Both the position numbers and the translations under genes were made by a program. Shown piece by piece: positions 11,379-20,609 of a stretch of DNA of 32,818 bases. This DNA is from Thraustochytrium aureum (taxonomy: Eukaryota): the NCBI GenBank assembly GCA_012862495.1, contig BLSG01000391.1:77677-110494 (forward strand). The letters are read 5' to 3'. The notes beneath the pieces were generated by a model. The model worked only from the letters and a program-made list of their open reading frames with translations, did no database searches and was not told the origin of the DNA. Every line of letters begins with the position of its first letter. Position 1 is the first letter of the stretch.

Positions 11379-11716
11379 CACCTTGCGCCCTATTCGCGCC
11401 ACCACTCTTTTCCTCACCTTGCGCCTATCTGCGGCGCCCACATCGCGGCCCACCTTGCGCCCTATGAGTGGGGCGCACCTTGCGCGCCTCTTTTGTTTTC
11501 GTGGCTGACCCGCCACCTTGCCGCCTATCTAATTATTCGGATTCAGTGTTCACAAACAGTTACTCGGTGCGCGGGAACGCAACCCGCTCCCTCGCGTGCG
11601 CGTTAAACCAATTCGCCAGGATGTCGCTGTTACGAGCCCGCAGCGAACGCGCGGAACTTAAAAAGCTCGCCCGACCCCAACTGAACGACCGGGCGCCAGC
11701 GCCACCTTGGGCCTAT
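11379..11716 (+). repeat. Cluster of six CACCTTG(C/G)..CCT(AT) motifs, possible cis-regulatory element
   Basis: Copies start at 11379, 11415, 11451, 11476, 11514 and 11703, in non-coding DNA upstream of the carrier gene. Confidence 0.7.
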
Positions 11717-12355
11717 GAAAAAGTCCTGGATGCAGCCTGGTCGCCAGGCGTTTATCGAGGAGGACCGCATCGTGCGGCTCCGACGACCGCGCAAGAACGT
11801 CGTTCGAGGCGCGGGAACGGGCGCGCGGCCGCCTCGCGGAGCGGCGTTCCCGGCACGCTAGGTACTCTACCTTGAGTAGAGGAGTACTCTACCGGTACTC
11901 ACTCCGGTACATGGTGCCGAGCGAGGGTGGTGCTGGGAACGTCGAGGGTTCGCCGGAGGCGTGGGAATTTTTCTGTCCATCCGGGAATGCCGCGTGTGAG
12001 GGTTTATCGGGGGCAGAAGGGGACGGGCGGAGCGAGTGGGCTGCGCCACCAAGAGGAACTATCGCTGAGAGCTTGACTCTGTGAAATCGTCGGTAGCGAA
12101 ATCGGCGACGACGGAGCAGCGAGTGCGAGTACCGGTACCTCCGCGCCGGGCAGCCAGCCAGCCTGCCAGCGAGTGAGTGAGTGGGCCAGCGAACGAGCCA
12201 GTCTGCTCTGAACTGCTCCGGCGTGCGTTCTGCGCTTCTCATTGCGGCGTACTCACTCCGCTTGGCTTCGGCTTGCTACTGCCGCGAAGTAGGCAGAAGT
12301 CTATGTCCCGTCGACTCTTGCCCTTCGCCCCGCCGCTCTTGAAAGCAAGCAAAGC

Positions 12356-12946
12356 NNNNNNNNNNNNNNNNNNNNNNNNNNNNNNNNNNNNNNNNNNNNN
12401 NNNNNNNNNNNNNNNNNNNNNNNNNNNNNNNNNNNNNNNNNNNNNNNNNNNNNNNNNNNNNNNNNNNNNNNNNNNNNNNNNNNNNNNNNNNNNNNNNNNN
12501 NNNNNNNNNNNNNNNNNNNNNNNNNNNNNNNNNNNNNNNNNNNNNNNNNNNNNNNNNNNNNNNNNNNNNNNNNNNNNNNNNNNNNNNNNNNNNNNNNNNN
12601 NNNNNNNNNNNNNNNNNNNNNNNNNNNNNNNNNNNNNNNNNNNNNNNNNNNNNNNNNNNNNNNNNNNNNNNNNNNNNNNNNNNNNNNNNNNNNNNNNNNN
12701 NNNNNNNNNNNNNNNNNNNNNNNNNNNNNNNNNNNNNNNNNNNNNNNNNNNNNNNNNNNNNNNNNNNNNNNNNNNNNNNNNNNNNNNNNNNNNNNNNNNN
12801 NNNNNNNNNNNNNNNNNNNNNNNNNNNNNNNNNNNNNNNNNNNNNNNNNNNNNNNNNNNNNNNNNNNNNNNNNNNNNNNNNNNNNNNNNNNNNNNNNNNN
12901 NNNNNNNNNNNNNNNNNNNNNNNNNNNNNNNNNNNNNNNNNNNNNN
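12356..12946. other. Assembly gap (N run)
   Basis: Run of N; the right flank is a CTG/CTC low-complexity tract. Confidence 1.
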
Positions 12947-13180
12947 CTGCTCCTGCTGCTGCTCCTGCTGCTGCTCCTGCTCTTGCTGCTGCCGCCGCTC
13001 CTGCTGCGCTTGCTGCTCCTGCTGCCCGCGAGCGAGCACACTCGAATGCCGTGACTGGGCTGCTCGAATACCAACCGCTGCGACGCAGAGGAGTCTGGTC
13101 TCCTTGCCAAGTGCGGGTGAGCGCTGGCTGGCTGGCTGGCTGGCTGGCTGGGAGGAAGGCGGGAGGCAGGGAGGCAGGGA
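12947..13180. repeat. Low-complexity tract: (CTG/CTC)n followed by (GGCT)n and GGGAGGCA repeats
   Basis: Read directly: ctgctcctgctgctgctcc..., gctggctggctggctggctggctggctg, gggaggcagggaggcaggga. Confidence 0.85.
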
Positions 13181-13510
13181 GGACGCGCAGGTCGTTCTCG
13201 TCTCGGACGCCAATCGCGCTCTCTCTCGCGCGCTCATTCGCTCGCTCGCTGCCTCTCTCGCGCGCGCGAGCGCAGGTATAAGCTAGTGACTGACGGACGC
13301 TCGTGGCGCTCGTGGCCTGGGCACGCGTTGACGCATGCAGCAGCCGACTTGACTCTCCTCGTCCAGGGTGTCGAATCCGGCGCGACACTTGGCCAGCAGG
13401 TGCATCCCGGACCTCTGCCGAGTATCGCGGAGCAACCGTTATTAACCCCAGCGTTACTATCATTCAGCCGGTTAAATACCGAAACGCCGAGAGAGCGCCA
13501 GGACAGGTGA

Positions 13511-13540
13511 AACCGTGTTCAGCCGTGTTCAACCGTGTTC
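13511..13540. repeat. 10-bp tandem repeat x3 (ARCCGTGTTC)
   Basis: aaccgtgttc agccgtgttc aaccgtgttc. Confidence 0.9.
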
Positions 13541-14243
13541 AAGAGCCATTTCTTTCAAGGGCAGGCTGAGAGAGGAACCGATGGTCCTCAGGGCCTCCTC
13601 TGGCCGCCCTCACAGCGCCCCGCCTCACATGGAAGACCACCTCACATGGTTCCCTCCCTCTTCTCGCGTTTTGTTTCTTCTTTGTCTCTCAGAAACTCCT
13701 CCACGACAACGGCGCCTCGGAAGCCCTGACCGCGCTCCTCAGGGCCCCGGAGATGTTCGAATGGTCTCCCGAATACTTGAAAAAGTTAAAGGACCGCGGC
13801 TCGAGCCCCGCAGGCGCCCGGGTCCCCGCTGCGCTTGCGCGGGGATTCAAGCGAGTCCCTGCTTTAAACCCGCGAGGGAGGCCAGGAGGAGGGAAGGAGG
13901 AGGGAGGGCGCCCGTGCATGCATGCATGGCGAACTGCTTACATCTCCAGTATGTATGTACCTGTCTGTGTTGTTTTCATGTGAAGACAAACAAAGGGAAG
14001 GAAGGGCTTCGACAACAGACCCCGAAAGCGAAAGGCCGCGTCCGTCCGCGGGCACCGCGTACGCTGCGCGAGAGAAGCCGCGTCGAGGCAGGACGTGTGC
14101 CGAACGAGACGCTTGCGCATTCGGCACGCGGCGGCCGTGCCAACGGCCCGGCGGCCTCGGCTCGCTGGAAGGAGCGATCGGGCGCCCTCGGCTGCAAGAC
14201 CTGCGAGGACACTTTCGGGCCAACGCGAAGCGCTGAGGCGGGA

Positions 14244-15110
14244 ATGGCGCCGTTGGTGCTGCAGTACTTTGATGTCATGGCAAGGGGCCTGCCTGTCGTT
14301 CTCGTGCTGGAGATGACCGGGGTCAAGTGGAAACGCGAACCAGTCGTGGACTGGGCGGTCACCAAAATCGATAACAACGCATACCCGTTTGGGCAGCTCC
14401 CTGTGCTGCGCGACGGCAACCTGGTAGTTGCGCAGAGCGCTGCGATCGCCAATTTCCTCGGACGCAAGACGCGCTCCTGCGGCGTTACGGAGAACGAGAA
14501 CGTCATCAGCGACATGCTGCTCGCCGAGGCCGAGGTTCTGATCGGCCTCCTCAACAAAGGCGTGCCCACGCTCTACAACAAGCTGGGTACCGCGGGCAAG
14601 GGCGACTACGACTTTTACCTCAAGACCGGCAATGAGCTGATTCCCCAGCACCTCGGCCAGCTCGAAATCCTCATCGCCAAGCGAGGCTACGAAGGCAACC
14701 GCTTTACCAGCTCCGGGGTCACGGTCGGCGAGCTCTTCCTCTTCGGCGTTCTGCACCAGATCCACCTGGTCTTTCCAGGGGTCCTCGCCTTTCACCCAAA
14801 AGTCAAGGCCTTCTACGGTCGCCTGCATGCCGAGCCCAAGGTCATCAGCGTCATCAACGGCGACTCGGCTTTCGGCCCGTGGACGCAGTACTGGGTCGCC
14901 GCCGAGCCCCTGTCCCCGCCAGCCTCTCATGAACAAGAGGACACCGCCCAGAACGAGGAGGCCGTGGTGAACGCGGCCGCAGCCGAGGAGGCCGTGGTGA
15001 ACGCGGCCACAGCCGACGAGGGCGAGCCCGAACCAGCCGACGCCGCAGCGAGCGCCGCTGGTGGGCCAGTCGAAGAAAACCCCAAGGGCGACGCCGACGC
15101 GGCGCCGTGA
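14244..15110 (+). CDS. Glutathione S-transferase (Tyr-type, sigma/pi-like) with an acidic Ala-rich C-terminal extension
   Basis: The N-terminus LVLQYFDVMARG carries the catalytic Tyr. Other motifs are PFGQLPVL, QSAAIANFLGRK and the N-capping box GVTVGEL. The real start is the ATG at 14244 within ORF 13515-15110. Confidence 0.92.
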   Translation: MAPLVLQYFDVMARGLPVVLVLEMTGVKWKREPVVDWAVTKIDNNAYPFGQLPVLRDGNLVVAQSAAIANFLGRKTRSCGVTENENVISDMLLAEAEVLIGLLNKGVPTLYNKLGTAGKGDYDFYLKTGNELIPQHLGQLEILIAKRGYEGNRFTSSGVTVGELFLFGVLHQIHLVFPGVLAFHPKVKAFYGRLHAEPKVISVINGDSAFGPWTQYWVAAEPLSPPASHEQEDTAQNEEAVVNAAAAEEAVVNAATADEGEPEPADAAASAAGGPVEENPKGDADAAP

Positions 15111-15877
15111 GCGGACTGCCTCATGGTTTATGCCGCGTCTTGCGTCTTGGGAGCGGATAGCCAGAGTCCCGCGCCGCCCCGCCCCGCGCTCACGCAGGCC
15201 CTTTGCCTCCCGCCCTTGCTCCGTCCTGGCTAGCTAGTGGCTAGCTCGAGCATACCGGGCAACCTTGTCCTTGGAAACTCTACACTACGGTACTTACGTT
15301 TTAATTCGGCGTGCGTTTTTTTCATTAGACAAGTTGCACCCTACCGGCCGGTAGTCCGCCGCAATATCAGCTCACTTGTTGTGTACACGTGCAGTTCGGG
15401 CCAAGGCCTCCCGGGCGAGCTCCCAGGCGCGCGCGACACGACGGCCATGTCGTAGCTCGCCGCCCCGCCTTTGGCGTGTCTGGTCGGCAAACAGGCGTTC
15501 GTTCCCAAACTGCCAGATCCCCGGCTCCCCAGCTGCAACTCTGGCCTTCAGGAGCCGTCCGCTTTCGAATCGGTCAGGCTGAGCTCGACGAGCGTCACGA
15601 GTACGCTGCCAAGTTGACAACGCCCCGAGTTTCCGGGGCTCCTCTTGATCTAGCTCGTCGCTTGCCGCGGCCACCGCCTTTCACTCCGGCCATCGCGCGC
15701 GCGCTGCGACAACTCGTCGCCCGGCCCTGCTGCGCCCGAGGCGGCCGACCGTGTCACTGTGCGTTCGTCATTCCCGGCGGGCCTGCCGAACGCTTATACT
15801 TAGTTCCACGCCGGGCCGCCCGATCAGCTCTCTCTACCCTTGATCAAGAAGAGGGCTACTGCTCTGGAGCTCTTGCT

Positions 15878-17501
15878 CTAGAGCTCAAGCTGCAGTAGCT
15901 CGACGCCAGAAGGCACGAGCTTTGGCATCGAGGATGACGGACGCTTGCGCAGCGTCGGCACGCGCCCTGATGGCGCGCTGTGCAGGCCGTCCTCAAGCTC
16001 CGCCCGGCGCTCGGCGGGCTCTTCGCAATCCCCCACAGCCTTGACAGGCCCGACGTCCCCGCGAGTCGGCTCGTCGCCCTCTACCAGCCCAGCGCCGCGC
16101 GTCTCGGTTCTCAAGGTCAGCGTCAAGAGCGCCGCAACTAGGAGCAGACTGCCGTAAAGCCCTCCCGCCTCGCGAAACCCAAACCTCTCGTCCAGGGCCG
16201 CGAGCACAAACGGGGAGGCAACCGGGGCGGCCCTGTGCGCCAGCTGGCAAGCCGAAAATGCCGCAACGCGCACGCGAGTGGGAAAGACCTCCGGCGAGTA
16301 TGTGTAAATGCCGTGAAAGTACGTGGAGGTCCCCACCCTCAACACGCCCAGCAGGAGGAACACCGTTGCGTCGCGCCCGCGACCAGCAAGCGCGATGCCA
16401 ATCATGGCCAGCCCCATCGCCGCCGTTCCAGCGCGGATCTCCACGATTCGCGGCAGACGATGCGCCGCTGTCACCACAAAGACGGCGCCGACCCAGTCGG
16501 CGCCCTGCGCCACGAGCGCGGCGCGGAAGACGGTCTCGTCCCCGCCCCCGAGCTGCCGCTCGAGCTCTAGCGGCAGGAACGCCGACAGGGTCAGCGCAAA
16601 TGAGCTCGCAAACCAGATGAGCACCAGTGGGACGAGGTTTACGAGCACAGAGCGCTGAAGGAGCAGCCATGTTGGCCGAGGCTTGTGCGCATCTGCGTGC
16701 CTACCTCTCAGCTCGAGCCCAGGCCCGCCCCCGGCCACACCCGCAGCAGCGACACCCTCGGAGTGCAGCTTGCGTGAAAAACGGTGGGCAAGCCTTGCCA
16801 TTCATCTCTGCGATGCGTTCGACGCCGGATACGGCCTCCTCGTACCGCCCGCTCATCACGCAAAACCGCACAGACTCTGGGACAAACGCCACCAGGGCGG
16901 CCACCACAGGGGTTCCAACCAGGGCAGTGATGCGCACGACCCACTGCCAACCGACAGAGTCCATCATGGCCCAGCTCAAAGCCACAATAAACGTCGACCC
17001 GGAGCACCAGAAAAAACTCAGCATCGCTGTGCTCCGTCCCCGCTCGGCGCTCGGCGTCGACTCGAGCAGGAGCGGGGTAGAGTTTACGAGCGCTCCCCCG
17101 TACCCGACCCCCAGGAGCATGCGCAAGACCGCAAATGTGGTCACGTTCTGCGCGAAGGAGGAAACCAAGCCGAACGCGATCGTGATCGCCAGGCACATCT
17201 GGTACACAAACTTGCGCCCCCGCAGGTCAGACACCCGCCCGAACACGGCAACACCGACGGCCATGCCGGCCGCGGTTAGCGACTGGACAACCGACAGGTC
17301 GCTCTCGCTAGCGCCCCACTCTTCGACAAACCTTGGCAGCAACAGGCCCATGACGGCCATCTCCGAGGCCTCCACAAAATACCCAAGCCCGGTCAGCACG
17401 ATCATCAGCCGCGAAAACCTCCCGGGCCCAAGCTCGTCCAGGGCGCGATCGACCATGCGGAACCGCTCGCCGTCGCAGCGCGAGCAGCTCGGCCCGCCCA
17501 T
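15878..17501 (-). CDS. Major facilitator superfamily transporter, SV2/SVOP-like; one frameshift near 16755
   Basis: Motif A is GRVSDLRGRK. Other motifs are RMLLGVGYGG, LLESTPSAERG, VPESVRF and YTYSPEVFPTRVR. The N-half (ORF 16701-17645, ATG 17501) and C-half (ORF 15878-16801) overlap in the central loop. Confidence 0.9.
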
Positions 17502-18200
17502 TTTCCCACTCGCAGGCCAAGCCTTAGACTTTGCGTTTCCTCGCCGATGCCCAGACGCCCAGAAGATTCCCGGTCTGCCAGTCTTCGCCGACAGCGCAGC
17601 CGGCGCTAGCAAAAACCAAGAATGTGTCCCGCTGACCCTCGTCAACGTGGCGCTGTTCAGCGCGCTGCGGCCTATCGAACGACGATGGCCAGCTCGCGTC
17701 CACTACAGCCGGGTGGTGGCGTTGCTATCTCGTCCACCAAGCCAGGCTACGCCAAGCGCCGCCTTGCAAACGCGACGGCGTCGCTCGGCGCGCGGCGCAT
17801 GAACCGCTTCCTCTGCCCTTGCGCCGACCCCAGCTCAACCGCGACGCGCGGAAGAGGATGGACAATGCAGCGGCAAGCGCCCTGGGCAGAATCACTGCAA
17901 CCACGCCCGCGAGGGCTACGACCACGGCCATGAGGGCAACGGTGGAGTGGCAGGGAGAGTCCCGACTCGCCGCGGCTGAACACGTCAAGCGCTGAACATA
18001 AACCGCGGCCGGCGCGCAGCGACAAGCCGGACAAGCGTTCGTCCAGGTCCGCGAAGCATGACTCGCGATGGACGCAGAGCGAACAGAGCCAAGGCCTTCC
18101 TTCCTCCGCGTTTCGATCTTGATTGATCTTGGACAAGAACATGTCGTGCTGCAGGGCGCCCGGGTCATCGTCCCGGGACAAAAATCGATGACCGTGCGTC

Positions 18201-18396
18201 AACCTAACCTGAAAAGCGTGACCCTAGCGACCCTAACCCAGGGGAAAAAACCCAAGCTCGAAGGGGCTTCGCTCCCATGGACCACGCGTAGTAAAGGCTA
18301 AAACCCCCTCCATCGCTCTGTGTCTGCTAATTTAACTGGCGAAAAAGCATGCGAAGTTGAATAGTACCAGACGCGGCGAGGCGGCAACCCTAACCC
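18201..18396 (+). promoter_or_regulatory. Telo-box-like motifs (AACCTAACC, ACCCTAG, ACCCTAACCC, AACCCTAACCC)
   Basis: C-strand telomere-like motifs lie at 18201-18239 and 18386-18396, upstream of the telobox Myb gene. The regulatory role is inferred. Confidence 0.4.
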
Positions 18397-18552
18397 CCCG
18401 GGCCGCGCTGGCAATCATCCCTGCTATTCCCCTTATCGAATCGAAATCCGCCAGATACAGGCGAGGTGGGGCGGGCGGGCGGAGTGGAATCGGTCAGGGG
18501 CCGCCAGAGCCCAACCCTCGTTAGCAGGCGAGCAGACTCGGTCAGGGTAGCA

Positions 18553-18937
18553 GCGGGAACGCGAAGGCTCGCGCGAGGAACGAGCGGGCGCGCGGGGGCG
18601 ATCGCGCGCGGGAACCGCAAGGGCGCCGGCGGGAACGCGTGCGCGCGGGAGCGCGGGCGAGGCGATCGCGCGCGAGAACCGCAAGGGTACCGCCGGGCGC
18701 CACTGGAGGGCGCGCGGGAACCTTTCCGAGGCGACAGCGCGCGGGAACCGCGAGGGTTGGCGTGGGAAACACAGCGACAGCGCGCGGGAACCGCGAGGGT
18801 TGGCGCAGGAATCACAGCGCCGGGGACGCGGGAACCGCGAGGGTTGGCGCAGGAAACACAGCGCCGGGGACGCGGGAACCGCGAGGGTTGGCGTAGGAAA
18901 AGCAGCGCCGGGGACGCGGGAACGGCGAGGGTTGGCG
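18553..18937 (+). repeat. 43-44 bp minisatellite (GCGGGAACCGCGAGGGTTGGCGCAGGAAACACAGCGCCGGGGAC): ~4.5 well-conserved units plus degenerate upstream copies
   Basis: Units start at 18741, 18784, 18828, 18872 and 18916. Degenerate GCGGGAAC(C)GC cores lie near 18553, 18608, 18672 and 18714. Confidence 0.93.
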
Positions 18938-18957
18938 ATTGTCCAAGGGTTGACAGG

Positions 18958-20415
18958 ATGGACGCCTGCATGGATAGACTCGTCAAGGAGCGCGCGGAAA
19001 ATCAGGCCTGCCCTGATGACGATGAGCGCAACAAGGTGCTGCTGACCATGCTGGAATTCGCCGCCGCCGAAGTGGCCCCGGACCTGTTCAAAGCCGTCGC
19101 GGAGGAGATCGGCGTCGACAGCCTGCAGGAAACGCCCTTCTTGAAAGCCTACACGGTGTTTGACATGATCAAATCTACGAGCGGCGACGGAAATGAACTC
19201 GAGGCGGTCATGGAGGATTTCGTCGCGACGATCGTGCAGTATGATGAGACGGCGCCGAAAGCTTCGACCGTGCTGAACGAGCAGCGCTCAGCTCTGCTGA
19301 ACGAGTTCAGGGCGCAGGCGTGCATCGGCAAGCTGACTGGACCGCGCAAGTGGAACGAGCTCCCCGACCTGGAGAACGCCGATGTCAAGGCGCTCGAGGA
19401 GGCCGTCGAGGTCCACTTTCCGCACCGCGTCGACGACGAGGACGTGTCCAGCGTGACCGCCTCTACTGCCAACGAGCTTGCCCGCTTCACTACCGCCTTC
19501 GCCGAGCTTAAAAAGGCAAAGGGCACGAAACGCCGCGACGAGGCGCACGCCAAAGCGCTCGAGGCCTTCGAGCAGCTCCTGGAGAAACACAGCTGGGAAA
19601 AGTTCCTCGAGACGCTGCGCCTCTACATCTCCGTCATGCTCTACACGGTGCACGACGGGCCAGCTCTGCTCGCGGGAGTCCGCGGCGCTGCCATCCTCCC
19701 CGGCGAGGCCGTTCGGGGCCGCAAGCAGCGCCGGTCGCAAAAGTACTCGATGCTCTACCGCGTGTTTCGCGGTGCGGGCGGCTCCATCCCTGGCTGGAAC
19801 GCAATCGTCAACAAGAACGAGGCGGAGGGCCAGGAGATGCTCAAGAGCGTTCTCCAGCGCGCCGAAGAGTTTCGCCCCGAGCGCGCGGCGCGCGGCAAAC
19901 GAAAGGCCGCCACCCACGGCGTTGACGAGGAGGAAGTCTTTCTTGAGGAGGACGACTTTGACGAAGAGGCAATCTACGGCGCCGGCGAGGAGGACGACTT
20001 TGACTCTGACGACGACGAGGACCTGCGCACCCGCCGCAAGTACGGTGCCGACGAGCCTGCGTCTCCGCGCGGCACCCCACGCTCCGCCAAGAAAAAGACG
20101 ACCAAGCGGCGCCTGTCCTACAGCACGCCCACGCGCGAAGACTACGAGGAGCTCATCAGCTTTGACAAGTACACCACCAACACGGCCGTGAAAAAGCGCC
20201 GGCGCAAGCCCGTGCCGTGGTCGCAGGAGGAGACCGAGTATTTGCTTCGCGGTGTCGAGATCTTTGGCCTCGGCCAGTGGGCCAAAATCCTCAGCCACTT
20301 TGGCGACGTGTTTACCAAGGCCAACAGGACGAGCGTCTCCCTCAAGGACCGCTACCGGAACTTGGAGATTCGCAAGACGAGGGACGAGGCCAAGGACAAG
20401 AACCTCATCGCGTGA
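18958..20415 (+). CDS. TRF-like telomere-repeat-binding protein with a single C-terminal telobox Myb/SANT domain (485 aa)
   Basis: The C-terminus RRRKPVPWSQEETEYLLRGVEIFGLGQWAKIL...RTSVSLKDRYRNL matches the telobox consensus (W..EE...L..GV..FG.G.W..IL...RT.V.LKD[KR]WRN). It is preceded by a helical N-domain, an acidic tract, a basic NLS-like region and SPR/TPR sites. Confidence 0.88.
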   Translation: MDACMDRLVKERAENQACPDDDERNKVLLTMLEFAAAEVAPDLFKAVAEEIGVDSLQETPFLKAYTVFDMIKSTSGDGNELEAVMEDFVATIVQYDETAPKASTVLNEQRSALLNEFRAQACIGKLTGPRKWNELPDLENADVKALEEAVEVHFPHRVDDEDVSSVTASTANELARFTTAFAELKKAKGTKRRDEAHAKALEAFEQLLEKHSWEKFLETLRLYISVMLYTVHDGPALLAGVRGAAILPGEAVRGRKQRRSQKYSMLYRVFRGAGGSIPGWNAIVNKNEAEGQEMLKSVLQRAEEFRPERAARGKRKAATHGVDEEEVFLEEDDFDEEAIYGAGEEDDFDSDDDEDLRTRRKYGADEPASPRGTPRSAKKKTTKRRLSYSTPTREDYEELISFDKYTTNTAVKKRRRKPVPWSQEETEYLLRGVEIFGLGQWAKILSHFGDVFTKANRTSVSLKDRYRNLEIRKTRDEAKDKNLIA

Positions 20416-20609
20416 CCTCGCGCTTCCATCTCTACCCTTGATCTGCATCGCAGGTCCTGGCGGGCGGGCGTACGCGCTTGCGAGCCCTAAAGCCGCCCGC
20501 CACTCGCAAGCCTGGATACATTTCCCCGCCAACGAAAAATGGGATGTACCTATCATTGCATTCTTTTCTCTTGGCTGTACAATTGGAGGCTCGAAGGCCC
20601 GTGCAGAAC

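Noticed and set aside
11379..11465. CRISPR-like 36-bp periodicity with unique spacers
   Set aside because: The repeat is only ~15 bp, there are only three regular copies, and there are no cas genes.
12177..13463. Long ORFs spanning the N gap (poly-Q/C/A translations)
   Set aside because: Artefacts of N translation and CAG/CTG low-complexity sequence.
13515..14243. 243-aa N-terminal extension of GST
   Set aside because: GTG start and Arg/Pro-rich, non-coding-like composition. The GST fold begins at the ATG at 14244.
17747..18202. Minus ORF with PWLCSLC resembling a zinc-finger half-site
   Set aside because: TTG start, no second CxxC at the expected spacing, and no recognisable family.
18741..18937. 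Possible CRISPR-like repeat-spacer array
   Set aside because: The intervening segments are near-identical rather than unique spacers, there are no cas genes, and the context is eukaryotic. It is a minisatellite.
18466..18957. N-terminal extension of the TRF-like ORF
   Set aside because: GTG start; the frame is open only because the GC-rich 44-bp repeat lacks stop codons.
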